This document shows, piece after piece, positions 18,225-27,089 of a DNA stretch of 64,000 bases (positions within the stretch are counted from its first letter, which is position 1; every line of letters begins with the position of its first letter). A program made the position numbers and the translations under genes. The notes below the pieces were generated by a model. The model was not told the DNA's origin, searched no databases, and saw nothing but the letters and a program-made list of their open reading frames with translations. Origin of the DNA: Gemmatimonadota bacterium (lineage in GTDB: Bacteria; Gemmatimonadota; Gemmatimonadetes; Longimicrobiales; Gaopeijiaceae); the NCBI GenBank assembly GCA_009838975.1, contig VXQO01000143.1:8764-72763 (forward strand). Direction: 5' to 3'.

Positions 18225-18240
18225 TTCGATGTGGTACTAT
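18207..18240. promoter_or_regulatory. 9-bp perfect inverted repeat ATAGTACCA-N16-TGGTACTAT spanning the RES stop codon and the MNT start region
   Basis: Read directly from the sequence. AT-rich, located in and around the 12-nt gap between the two TA operons. Confidence 0.4.
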
Positions 18241-18749
18241 CCAATGAACAGCCGTTCGTCCCACCACACCGGCGTCTCGGCCCCTCGAGTCAGCCGTCGA
18301 AATCCCGGGTGATTCGTATTGATGATGATGTTTCGCTCCAGCCGCACGACGACCGAGGGCACCATCAGAATGGCGCTGCGCCTCTCGACGTACCATTGGT
18401 GGCCGAACCGTCGGGCCGTTGGACTGTCCTGCAACTGCCAGCCCGGTATCGTGTCGGGATTGGCGATCTCGCAACTCGTACCCGCCGGTATCTCGATCCG
18501 GACGAACTGCTGGCTGCCCGGCGGTGGGCCGTTCCATCGAACGAGCGTTTCGAGCATCGCGGTGGAGTAGCGCTCCGAAGCGTAGATGACCTGGTCCCCC
18601 ACATCGTGCCAGCGTCCTGAAACCCGTCGGGCACCATCGGAGCTGAAGACCGGCCAGCGCCCCTTCGCGTCGCCGATTCGATACGCCTGGAGGGACGCCG
18701 TCAAGCGACGTGGAACAGTCAAACGGCGACGCCGGCCTCCGCCCGCCAC
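18237..18749 (-). CDS. RES-domain toxin (RES-Xre / ParST-MbcTA type)
   Basis: GRWHDVGDQVIYASERYSTAMLE and RSAILMVPSVV supply the R-E-S signature. The true start may be the TTG at 18722, which overlaps the antitoxin stop (TTGA). Confidence 0.8.
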   Translation of the reverse strand: MAGGGRRRRLTVPRRLTASLQAYRIGDAKGRWPVFSSDGARRVSGRWHDVGDQVIYASERYSTAMLETLVRWNGPPPGSQQFVRIEIPAGTSCEIANPDTIPGWQLQDSPTARRFGHQWYVERRSAILMVPSVVVRLERNIIINTNHPGFRRLTRGAETPVWWDERLFIG

Positions 18750-19213
18750 ACCAGGTTCAACACGGCGTCGGCTCCGGGCGCTGAAGCGAGCGCCAGGTCA
18801 AGGGGGGATTCACCGCCGAGCAGGGGATGCGGCCGCAGAAGGAAGTCGCGGATCCGCTGCACGTCGCCGTGAAACGCCGTTCCGACGGCATCCAACACCC
18901 GCGCCACCCCGTAGACGCGCTCGCTGTGGCTCCGGGAAAGGGCCCGCCCACTCTTCCTGCACCTGTGCAGCGTTGCCTCCGATGCGACCCGTCCCTCGAT
19001 TCGAGCCCTGCCCACGAGTTCGCCAAGAGCGGCCACGGAGCTCACGGGCAACCCGTCGGAAACCATGTGCGCGAACGCGATTTCGTCGAGGTGTTCCGAT
19101 TCGTCCAGATTCAGAAGCCGGGCGAACCGATGCGTCGCGGTCGCAGGCAGGCCGGCAGGATCGGCGTAGGCCGCAAGGGCATTCAATTCTCGGCTCCTTC
19201 CCGCAAATGTCAT
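18719..19213 (-). CDS. Xre/MbcA/ParS-like antitoxin (DUF2384-type C-terminal domain)
   Basis: RVYGVARVLDAVGTAFHGDVQRIRDFLLRPHPLLGGESPLDLALASAPGADAVLNLVWRAEAG is the typical DUF2384 antitoxin tail. It sits immediately upstream of the RES gene. Start taken as the ATG at 19213 (MTFAGRS...). Confidence 0.8.
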   Translation of the reverse strand: MTFAGRSRELNALAAYADPAGLPATATHRFARLLNLDESEHLDEIAFAHMVSDGLPVSSVAALGELVGRARIEGRVASEATLHRCRKSGRALSRSHSERVYGVARVLDAVGTAFHGDVQRIRDFLLRPHPLLGGESPLDLALASAPGADAVLNLVWRAEAGVAV

Positions 19214-19343
19214 ATGACTAGTAAGATACATATCATGTGAAACTCCCACAATCATGGCCGCTCGCAATGGCGAAGCGACCGCGACCGATCTACACTACCT
19301 CCCGGCATCAGCAGCTTGTCACCATCAGGTCCGAGAGGTTCCC

Positions 19344-22172
19344 ATGTACGCCGTCCGCGTCACCCCCGCCGCCTTCGCGCTCACGCTCCTCGCCGCCACC
19401 GCCCTCACACCCCACGCCGCAATCGCCCAGGAGGCCGAAGAGCCTTTGGTGAACCAGAGCGACGACCCCATCCTGCGGGCGTTCTCGTGGCGGCAGATCG
19501 GGCCGTATGGGCAGGGCGGCCGGGTGAATGACCTCGCCGTCCACCCGGAGAACCCACACACGTACTTCGCCGGCTTCGCGACGGGCGGGCTCTGGAAGAC
19601 CACGAACAACGGCACGACCTTCCGGCCCGTCTTCGACAGCTACGGCACGCACTCCGTGGGGGACATCGCGATCTCGCCGGCCAACCCCGACATCGTCTGG
19701 GTCGGGACGGGCGAGGCCAACAATCGGCAGAGTTCGTCGTTCGGCGAGGGCATGTACAAGTCCACCGACGGCGGAGAGACGTTCACGCACATGGGGCTGC
19801 GCGAGACGCAGACCATTTCGCGCGTGATCGCGCACCCGGGTGATGCGGACGTGGCGTGGGCAGCGGCCAACGGGCACCTCTTCGGGGCCAACCCCGAACG
19901 CGGCGTCTTCAAGACCACCGACGGGGGCCGCACCTGGAACCACGTGCTCAGCGTGGACGACGACACCGGCGCGACGGACCTCGTCCTTCATCCCACCAAC
20001 CCCAACACCCTCTTTGCGGCCACCTACCAGCGGCGGCGCACCCGCTGCTGCTTCGTCGGCGGAGGGCCTGGTAGCGGCATCTGGCGCTCCGACGACGGTG
20101 GGGAGACGTGGACGCGGCTCAGCGGCAACGGGCTGCCCCGCGGAACCATGGGACGCGTTGCACTGGCGGTGACACCGGCCGATCCGGACGTCGTGTACGC
20201 GCAGATCGAGGTCGCGGCCGACCGCGAGGAGCCGCTCACGCAGGAGGAGCGGGCCGAGCTCGACGCCCTCGACGACCGCGACGAGCCCCTGCCCCCCGAT
20301 GACCAGTACAACGGGATCTGGCGCTCGACCGACGGGGGCGCGTCCTGGGAGTTCCGCAGCAACGAAAACGGGCGGCCGATGTACTTCAGCCAGATCCGAG
20401 TCGATCCGAATGATCCGGAGACCGTGTACGTGGTCGACCAGCGCGTGCACAAGTCCGTCGACGGCGCCCGGACTTTCGAGCGGCTCGACGGGTACGGGCA
20501 CGTCGATCAGCACGCCATGTGGATCAATCCGGCCAACAGCAACCACCTGTTGATCGGCAACGACGGTGGGGTCGACGTCAGCTACGACCAGGGCGACACC
20601 TGGGAATCGCACCGGCGGTGGGCCATGGGGCAGCCATACCACGCGTCGGTGGACATGCGCCGTCCCTACTACGTGTGCACCGGCCTGCAGGACAACGGAA
20701 GCTGGTGCGGCCCGAGCGGCATTCGGGGCGGCGACGTGCTCAGCGAGGACTGGTACCGCGTCGGCGGCGGCGACGGATTCTACACGGCCGTGGATCCCAC
20801 CGACCACACGGTCGTGTACGCCGAGTCGCAGAACGGCAACCTCCGGCGGCTCAATCTGGCGACCGGGCAGGGCGGCAGCATCCGTCCGCGGGCGCCGACG
20901 GACAACAGCACGCGCACCAACATCGCGCCCACGCCCGAGGTCAACAGCCCGATCCGCTGGAACTGGAACACGCCGTTCATTCTCTCGCCGCACAACCCCG
21001 ACGTGATCTATGCCGCCGGCAACCGGCTTTTCCGATCGATGGACCGGGGCGACACGTGGACGATGAGCGAGGATCTGACCACCAACCTCGACCGCGACCG
21101 CGTCGAGGTCATGGGCCAGGCGAACAGCCTGCCCCGCTGCAACCGGATGGACCGCGGCGAGGAGTGCATCCTGTCGCGCAACGACGGTGTGAGCGCCTTC
21201 AGCACCGGCATCTCGGTGGCGGAGTCGCCGCTGGTGCCGGGCCTGCTGTGGGTGGGCACCGACGACGGGAATCTCCAGGTAAGCCGCGACGGCGGTGCGA
21301 CGTGGACCGAGGTGGGCCGGAACATCCCGGGCGGCACGAAGGGCTACTACGTGTCGCGCGTCGAGGCGTCGCACTTCGATGCAGCAACGGCCTATGCATC
21401 GGTGGACGGGCACAAGAGTGATGACCTGCGGCCATACGTGTACGTCACGCGTGACTATGGCGAAAGCTGGGAGGACATCACGTCCAACCTGCCCGAGTAC
21501 GGGAACGTCAACACGGTGCGCCAGGACCCGCGCAACGCGCGTCTGCTGTACGCGGGAACCGAGTTCGGGTTCTTCGTCTCACTGGACGAGGGAGGCACCT
21601 GGCGGCCGTTCATGAGCGGACTGCCGGTCGTACGCATCGACGATGTCGTCGTGCATCCGCGCGACGGCGACCTCGTGCTGGCGACGCACGGGCGCAGCGT
21701 CCTGATCGCCGACGACGTGACGCCGTTGCAGCACCTGACCGACGGAGTGATGGCCGAGGACGTCTTCCTCTTCGAGCCGAGGGAGGCCGTCCAGTGGAAG
21801 CAGGACCCGCGCAAGTCCCGATCGATCACGGGCGACAAGGTGCTGCGCGGCGAGAACGCGCCGCCGGGAACCGCGATCCACTACTGGCTGCGCGAGGCGT
21901 CGGGCGATGTGCAGCTGACGGTGACGGACCTGGCGACGGGCGAGCTGTTCCGGGACCTGGAGCCGATCGGCAACAGCGGGATCAACCGGGTGCGGTGGAA
22001 CCTGCGCGGGAACCGCAGCGAGGGGCCGCCCGGCGGCGGTTTCCAGTTCGGCGGCGGTGGCCAGGGCCCGATGGCGGAGCCGGGGCTGTACCGAGTGACG
22101 CTGACGGTGGACGGTCAGGAGTACGCGCAGACGTTGCGGGTGCTGGAGGACATCTGGATGGAACAGCGGTAG
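19344..22172 (+). CDS. Secreted BNR/Asp-box repeat protein (sortilin/VPS10-like beta-propeller)
   Basis: Signal MYAVRVTPAAFALTLLAATALTPHAAIAQ. About ten SxDxGxTW-type Asp-boxes (STDGGETFTH, TTDGGRTWNH, SDDGGETWTR, STDGGASWEF, SRDGGATWTE, and others). Confidence 0.85.
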   Translation: MYAVRVTPAAFALTLLAATALTPHAAIAQEAEEPLVNQSDDPILRAFSWRQIGPYGQGGRVNDLAVHPENPHTYFAGFATGGLWKTTNNGTTFRPVFDSYGTHSVGDIAISPANPDIVWVGTGEANNRQSSSFGEGMYKSTDGGETFTHMGLRETQTISRVIAHPGDADVAWAAANGHLFGANPERGVFKTTDGGRTWNHVLSVDDDTGATDLVLHPTNPNTLFAATYQRRRTRCCFVGGGPGSGIWRSDDGGETWTRLSGNGLPRGTMGRVALAVTPADPDVVYAQIEVAADREEPLTQEERAELDALDDRDEPLPPDDQYNGIWRSTDGGASWEFRSNENGRPMYFSQIRVDPNDPETVYVVDQRVHKSVDGARTFERLDGYGHVDQHAMWINPANSNHLLIGNDGGVDVSYDQGDTWESHRRWAMGQPYHASVDMRRPYYVCTGLQDNGSWCGPSGIRGGDVLSEDWYRVGGGDGFYTAVDPTDHTVVYAESQNGNLRRLNLATGQGGSIRPRAPTDNSTRTNIAPTPEVNSPIRWNWNTPFILSPHNPDVIYAAGNRLFRSMDRGDTWTMSEDLTTNLDRDRVEVMGQANSLPRCNRMDRGEECILSRNDGVSAFSTGISVAESPLVPGLLWVGTDDGNLQVSRDGGATWTEVGRNIPGGTKGYYVSRVEASHFDAATAYASVDGHKSDDLRPYVYVTRDYGESWEDITSNLPEYGNVNTVRQDPRNARLLYAGTEFGFFVSLDEGGTWRPFMSGLPVVRIDDVVVHPRDGDLVLATHGRSVLIADDVTPLQHLTDGVMAEDVFLFEPREAVQWKQDPRKSRSITGDKVLRGENAPPGTAIHYWLREASGDVQLTVTDLATGELFRDLEPIGNSGINRVRWNLRGNRSEGPPGGGFQFGGGGQGPMAEPGLYRVTLTVDGQEYAQTLRVLEDIWMEQR

Positions 22173-22203
22173 GTGTGAACCGGTAGTCCCCTTTCATCGT
22201 CGC

Positions 22204-22226
22204 GCCCGGAATCACCGCGTCCGGGC
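22204..22226 (+). terminator. Stem-loop GCCCGGA-N9-TCCGGGC after the BNR gene (weak terminator candidate, no clear U-tract)
   Basis: Read directly from the sequence, ~30 nt after the stop codon at 22172. Confidence 0.3.
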
Positions 22227-22296
22227 TGCCTGACGAGTACCGCTTCGTTCTGAGGTTCCTCTCCGACAGGCTTGCCGGCCGATTCCTGGCTGTAAT

Positions 22297-22317
22297 ACAA
22301 TCACTGGTTGTGATTGT
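22297..22317. promoter_or_regulatory. Inverted repeat ACAATCAC-N5-GTGATTGT in an AT-rich island upstream of the hypothetical regulator gene
   Basis: Read directly from the sequence, ~50 nt upstream of the ATG at 22366. Confidence 0.35.
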
Positions 22318-22365
22318 GCTCTTTCCTTTGGCCCGTCAGCCGGTTCCAATGCACCACTCGTTGAC

Positions 22366-23187
22366 ATGATCGCGCTCTATTGCGACACCCACGATATTCG
22401 CGACCGGATCGAAGGCTCTCTTTCGGCCTCCAGGCTGCATCCCGCGGACTCCCGAGACGGGTTCGAGCGGCTTCTCGGCAGTGCGAGCGTCGGTATCGCA
22501 GGGTTGCTGCAGTGCTCAGACGCGGATGTCGCCTGGCTCCGAAAGACGGTCTCGCACGGTCTCGTGGGGCCCTCGTGTGTCGTAGTGACGCCCTTGTCGC
22601 TGAAGCGCCTGCAACGGCTCCGGCGAATCGAATCGACCCGCTTCCATGTCGTGTGGGCCGAAGAAGCTGGAGACCGGCTGGGAAGGGTGCTCGCGCAGAT
22701 CAACCCCTGGCACCACGATCCACTGCTCCTTCTGGGTCGGAGGCTGGTCCGGGATCATCCGCTGCACCCGTGCCTTGTCAGCGCCATCGAGCACATCTGC
22801 AGGCTCTCGAAGGACGAAGATCCCGGCCCACCCGCCGCCTCGGTCGACGTTCTCGCTCGACAGCACGCGACCGTGCCTCCGGACACTTTCCGGCGCTATT
22901 GGCGGGAGCAGATGCCGCTGCGCTGCCCTCCCAAGAGGCTGTTGTCCTGGGCGTTGCTGCTCTGGGCGGTGCGCCAGCGGCCCCGGGCGAAATGGGCGGC
23001 AATCGCGGATGAGGCGGGCGTGCGACGCCGCACGCTCGAACGCCATGCTTCGAATCTTGCCGGGTGCACCCTCACCGCCGCGAGCCGCGGACCGGCGATG
23101 ATCCAGGGCCGGTTCCAGGATTGGGTCGCGGAGGTGTCGGTTGCGGATCAGGATTCGACCACCGTGATGGTGGCAACGCCGATGTAG
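22366..23187 (+). CDS. Hypothetical protein with possible C-terminal helix-turn-helix
   Basis: 273-aa ORF with coding-like third-position bias, though visibly less GC-biased than its neighbours. AKWAAIADEAGVRRRTLERHASNLAG looks like an HTH. I recognise no family. The 3' end overlaps the convergent Big_2 gene. Confidence 0.5.
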   Translation: MIALYCDTHDIRDRIEGSLSASRLHPADSRDGFERLLGSASVGIAGLLQCSDADVAWLRKTVSHGLVGPSCVVVTPLSLKRLQRLRRIESTRFHVVWAEEAGDRLGRVLAQINPWHHDPLLLLGRRLVRDHPLHPCLVSAIEHICRLSKDEDPGPPAASVDVLARQHATVPPDTFRRYWREQMPLRCPPKRLLSWALLLWAVRQRPRAKWAAIADEAGVRRRTLERHASNLAGCTLTAASRGPAMIQGRFQDWVAEVSVADQDSTTVMVATPM

Positions 23188-24308
23188 TTCGCTCCGGCCC
23201 GCGTCGCCTTGACGCGGATCTCGCCCGTGCCGGGTCCCCTGGCCGTGACCAGTCCGCTGTCGTCTACGGTCACCACCGAGGGGTGGGGCGCGGACCAGAT
23301 GTAGTCGGTGTCCTCCACCTCGTTTCCGTTCCTGTCCAGCGCCACCGCGCTCAGGCGAACGGTGTCGCCGACCGCACCGAGCGTGTCGACGGCCGGAGTC
23401 ACCCGCACCTCTGACGCGAGCTGAGTGACCGACACCCCGGCGGAATCACGCAGTTCTCCGACGGTTGCGAATACGTCCGTGCTGCCGGTGCGCACCGCCG
23501 TGACCAGCCCGGTCGTATCGACTGCAGCGACGGCGTCGTCTTCGGACATCCACGTGACTCGGAGGGCTGAGCCGGGGTGGCCGTTGGCGTCGACACCCGC
23601 CGCGAGCAGCCGGACGGTGTCGCCGAGCGAGAACAGTGTGGTCGCGGCCGGCAGCACGTCCATCGCGACGATCACCTGGGAGACGGTTACCGCGGCGGCT
23701 CCGGTGGCGCCGCCCGCCGACGCGGTGATGTTCGCGGTGCCATTCCCGGCCGCGGTCACCAGCCCGTTGGCATCGACGGTGGCGACCCCATCGTCCGCCG
23801 ACAACCACCCGATGGTCACGCCCGGCACGTCGTTGCCGTTGGCGTCCAACGGCTGCGCGGCCAGCTGCACGGTGTCGCCGATGGCCACCAGGGTATCCGC
23901 GGACGGGGATACCTCGATCCGTGCGGGCCGTTGGGCGACGGTCACGGCTACGGTCCCCGATGCCCCGCCGGAGGTGGCGGTCACGGTCGCGCTCCCGTTC
24001 TGGACGGCGGTCACCAGCCCCCCTGTGCTCACGGTCGCGACGGAATTGTCGTCGATGGTCCAGTTGACGGAGGCGCCCGCGATCGGCTGGCCGTTCTGGT
24101 CAAGGACGGTGGCGGTCAACTGGGCCGTCTCACCGAACGATGACATGTCCAGCGAGGCCGGCAAGATGCTGACGGTCGTAGCGACGGGAGGCTCCGTCGG
24201 CTCGTCGCCCCCGCAGGCGGCGGTGAGCGCCGGCAGCGTGAGGGCCAGGGCGATCAGGGCCAGCGCGGCGAAGGCGAGTCGACCCCGCGACGGCTCGGGT
24301 CCAGGCAT
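23148..24308 (-). CDS. Lipoprotein made of about four tandem Big_2 (bacterial Ig-like group 2) domains
   Basis: Lipobox LPALTAAC. Repeated pattern V.V.P....L...G.T.QL.A...D.NG......V.W.S.D..VATV...GLVTA...G.A.VTA. Confidence 0.8.
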   Translation of the reverse strand: MPGPEPSRGRLAFAALALIALALTLPALTAACGGDEPTEPPVATTVSILPASLDMSSFGETAQLTATVLDQNGQPIAGASVNWTIDDNSVATVSTGGLVTAVQNGSATVTATSGGASGTVAVTVAQRPARIEVSPSADTLVAIGDTVQLAAQPLDANGNDVPGVTIGWLSADDGVATVDANGLVTAAGNGTANITASAGGATGAAAVTVSQVIVAMDVLPAATTLFSLGDTVRLLAAGVDANGHPGSALRVTWMSEDDAVAAVDTTGLVTAVRTGSTDVFATVGELRDSAGVSVTQLASEVRVTPAVDTLGAVGDTVRLSAVALDRNGNEVEDTDYIWSAPHPSVVTVDDSGLVTARGPGTGEIRVKATRAGANYIGVATITVVES

Positions 24309-24433
24309 TGCATCCCCCTTGGTGCCGAGAGGTTCCACGGGAGTCGCCCCGGGGCGGCCCCCAGGGGCTGGTCGGGCCCTTATGAACAGTAACCCCGGAA
24401 GCGTGCGGGCGTACCCGCACCGCTCGGGATCCC

Positions 24434-25939
24434 TCACTCCCACGCGTGACCCTTCCCGGGGGACGAGAAGATCCGCTCGTAGGGCAGCGCATCCAGATCC
24501 ACGATCTTCCCGTCGCGGATAACCACGCCGAGCGCCCGGATGTTGCCGATGTCCGCCAGCGGATCGGCGTCGAGCACGAGCACGTCGGCGTACTTGCCGG
24601 CTTCGAGCGTGCCGAGTTCGACGAGCATCCCGCTCGCGATCGCGCCGTTGCGCGTGACCGAGGTGATCGCCTCCATCGGGGTCATCCCGAGTTCGACGAG
24701 CCCCTCGGTGGCGATCACGCTCCCGATGCCGAACGACTGGTTCTCGGCCTTCTTCTCGCGCCTGAATTCGGGGGCCGCGCCAAGGTAGTTGTCCGTCCCG
24801 ATCGTGGACACGCAGCCAGCGGCGATCAGTTTCTCCGCGTTGTGGCGCCGGATCTCCATGGATTCGCCTGCCGCGCGGCGCTCGGCCCGCAGTTCGACCG
24901 ATGTCTTCGCCAGGCCGTCACGGCGGTTCTCATCCTCCCCCCCATCCCCCGCAAGCGCCTTCTCCCGCGCTTCCACGTGCTCCTGCCACACCTTGCCGGT
25001 GATCGTGTTGGTCAGCATGGAGCAGACGATTCCGCGGTCGGCGATCTCCTTGACCAGCGCGTCGGACATTTCGGCGGTGAGCACCTCGGGGTGCTGTATC
25101 AGGTCGAGGCCTGCTTCCACCGACATCCGCAAGCCTTCGGGCGAAGTGGAATGCGTCTCGGCGATCAGCCCGCGCTTCTGTGTCTCCTCGACCAGCACCC
25201 GCTGGGCCGCCGGCGAGAAACCGATCATGACCGGATTGGAGAAGTGGCCGGTGCCGCCGTACTTGAGGAAGTCGGGTCCCAGGTCGAGGTACCGGTTGAC
25301 CGCGACGCGCAGGTCCTCGGGCTCCATCTCCATCCATTCCTCGCCCGACCCCTGCGTGATAAAGTCGTTGAACTGCTCCTGGAAGAGCGTGAGCCCCTGC
25401 GGCCGGATCAGCGAGAACGAGACCGTGTACGGACCGCCCCAGCCCACGATGTTGCCGGCCACCAGCATGCGCGGGCCGATGGTGTCGCCGCGCGCGATGG
25501 CGTCGCGGATCTCCATGAGCGGGAGCAGCGATCCGTAGCTGTCGCGCACCGTCGTGAACCCGTGCCTTAGCTGCATCTGGGCCGCCTCGAGGGTCAGCGC
25601 GGCGTTCCGGTCCTCGTAGCGGACGAGCGTTTCGTGACCGGAATACAGAGAAAGGTGCACGTTGGTGTCAATGAATCCGGGGGTCACGTACCTGCCGGCG
25701 CCGTCGATAACGGTGGCGCCCTCGGGAATTTCGACCGACGCGCGCGGGCCGACAGCGGCGATTCGGTCGCCCCGGGTGACGAGAGTGCCGTCGGTAAGGG
25801 GCGGGCCGCCGTTTCCGTCGATGATGGTCGCCCCGACGATGGCGATGGCTGGTTGGGACTGGGTAGCGGCCGGCTGTGGGGACACGGCTGTGAGTGCGGC
25901 AGTTGCCACGATAGCGGCGGTAGACCGGAAGCTGGGCAT
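24434..25939 (-). CDS. Secreted amidohydrolase-superfamily protein
   Basis: GGAGGA SD then ATG at 25939. Signal MPSFRSTAAIVATAALTAVSP. IVGATIIDGNGG...GDRIAAVGP...GRYVTPGFIDTNVHL, and C-terminal LEAGKYADVLVLDADPL typical of the family. Confidence 0.85.
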   Translation of the reverse strand: MPSFRSTAAIVATAALTAVSPQPAATQSQPAIAIVGATIIDGNGGPPLTDGTLVTRGDRIAAVGPRASVEIPEGATVIDGAGRYVTPGFIDTNVHLSLYSGHETLVRYEDRNAALTLEAAQMQLRHGFTTVRDSYGSLLPLMEIRDAIARGDTIGPRMLVAGNIVGWGGPYTVSFSLIRPQGLTLFQEQFNDFITQGSGEEWMEMEPEDLRVAVNRYLDLGPDFLKYGGTGHFSNPVMIGFSPAAQRVLVEETQKRGLIAETHSTSPEGLRMSVEAGLDLIQHPEVLTAEMSDALVKEIADRGIVCSMLTNTITGKVWQEHVEAREKALAGDGGEDENRRDGLAKTSVELRAERRAAGESMEIRRHNAEKLIAAGCVSTIGTDNYLGAAPEFRREKKAENQSFGIGSVIATEGLVELGMTPMEAITSVTRNGAIASGMLVELGTLEAGKYADVLVLDADPLADIGNIRALGVVIRDGKIVDLDALPYERIFSSPGKGHAWE

Positions 25940-26069
25940 CGGGATCCTCCTGCAAACGGGGTGGTAGCTCGGGACAGCATAGCCAGCGGCCTCGCAGTGA
26001 GCCACATTGCAGGCGGACCCGCGCAATCCGTGGCGCCCGGAGCGCCAAACCGTGCAAGGAGATGAGGTG

Positions 26070-27077
26070 ATGAGAAGGACGACCGGAACCGCGCTGCCGC
26101 TCTTCGCGCTCGCCGCGTGGGCGCTTCCGCTCGGTGCGCAGGAGAAGACCGCGACCCCACTCGACACGGAAGAGGAGATCGTGGCCACCTTCTCGATCGT
26201 GGCGCGCGATCCCGCGACCGGCGAACTGGGGGTGGCCGTGCAGTCGCGCGCCTTCCGCGCGGGAGCGATCGTCAGTTACGCGAAGGCGGGCGTGGGCGCG
26301 ATCGCCACCCAGGCCGCGGCCAACCAGACGTACGGCCCGCGCGGCCTCGAACTGCTCGAACTCGGGTTGTCGCCGGACGAGGTGGTGGAGCATCTCACCG
26401 GGTCCGATCCGGGCCGGGATCGGCGCCAGCTCGCCGTGATCGACGCACGGGGCCAAGTGCGCGCCTACACGGGTTCGGGCACCAGCGCCTGGGCGGGCCA
26501 TATCGAGGGCGAGAATTACTCTGTGCAGGGCAACATCCTCGCCGGCGAGGCCGTGGTGCAGGCGATGGCGTCCGCGTTCGAATCGTCCCGCGGAGCGCTC
26601 GCGCTCCGTCTCATGGACGCGCTCGACGCCGGCGAGGCCGCGGGCGGAGACGCGCGCGGCAAGCAGGCCGGAGGCGTCCTCGTCGTGAGGCCGATCGGAG
26701 ACTCGGGCCGCACCACCGACCGATGGGTCGACGTGCGCGTGGACGACCATTCCGAGCCCTTCAGGGAGCTTCGCCGCCTGGTGAACATGTCCGTGTCGCG
26801 CATTCACGCCAGCGAGGCGCGGTCGCTGGCCGCGGCGGGACGTTTCAGCGAAGCGATCGAGAAGCAGCGGGAAGCCATCGCGATCGTTCCCGACGAGGAC
26901 CAGATGATCTACGGACTGGCGCGGCTGCACGCGCGCGCGGGCGACGTAGCGAACGCTGTGGCAACGCTGCGGGACGCCATCGAACGCAACGCGCGCTGGC
27001 GGGAGCTGGCGGCGACCCAGCGCGACTTCGACGATATCCGCGACGACCCGGAGTTTAGGAGGCTGGTCGGAGGGTAG
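26070..27077 (+). CDS. DUF1028-family (Ntn-hydrolase fold) secreted protein with TPR-like tail
   Basis: Signal MRRTTGTALPLFALAAWALPLGAQ. TFSIVARDPATGELGVAVQSRAFRAGAIVSYAKAGVGAIATQA is the DUF1028 N-terminal signature. Confidence 0.75.
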   Translation: MRRTTGTALPLFALAAWALPLGAQEKTATPLDTEEEIVATFSIVARDPATGELGVAVQSRAFRAGAIVSYAKAGVGAIATQAAANQTYGPRGLELLELGLSPDEVVEHLTGSDPGRDRRQLAVIDARGQVRAYTGSGTSAWAGHIEGENYSVQGNILAGEAVVQAMASAFESSRGALALRLMDALDAGEAAGGDARGKQAGGVLVVRPIGDSGRTTDRWVDVRVDDHSEPFRELRRLVNMSVSRIHASEARSLAAAGRFSEAIEKQREAIAIVPDEDQMIYGLARLHARAGDVANAVATLRDAIERNARWRELAATQRDFDDIRDDPEFRRLVGG

Positions 27078-27089
27078 GAGCGGGGCGCC

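Noticed and set aside
23148-24308. Periodic DNA repeats that could be mistaken for a repeat array
   Set aside because: The periodicity is ~80-90 codons and corresponds to tandem Big_2 protein domains within one continuous ORF. There is no short direct-repeat/spacer structure, and no CRISPR array anywhere in the window.
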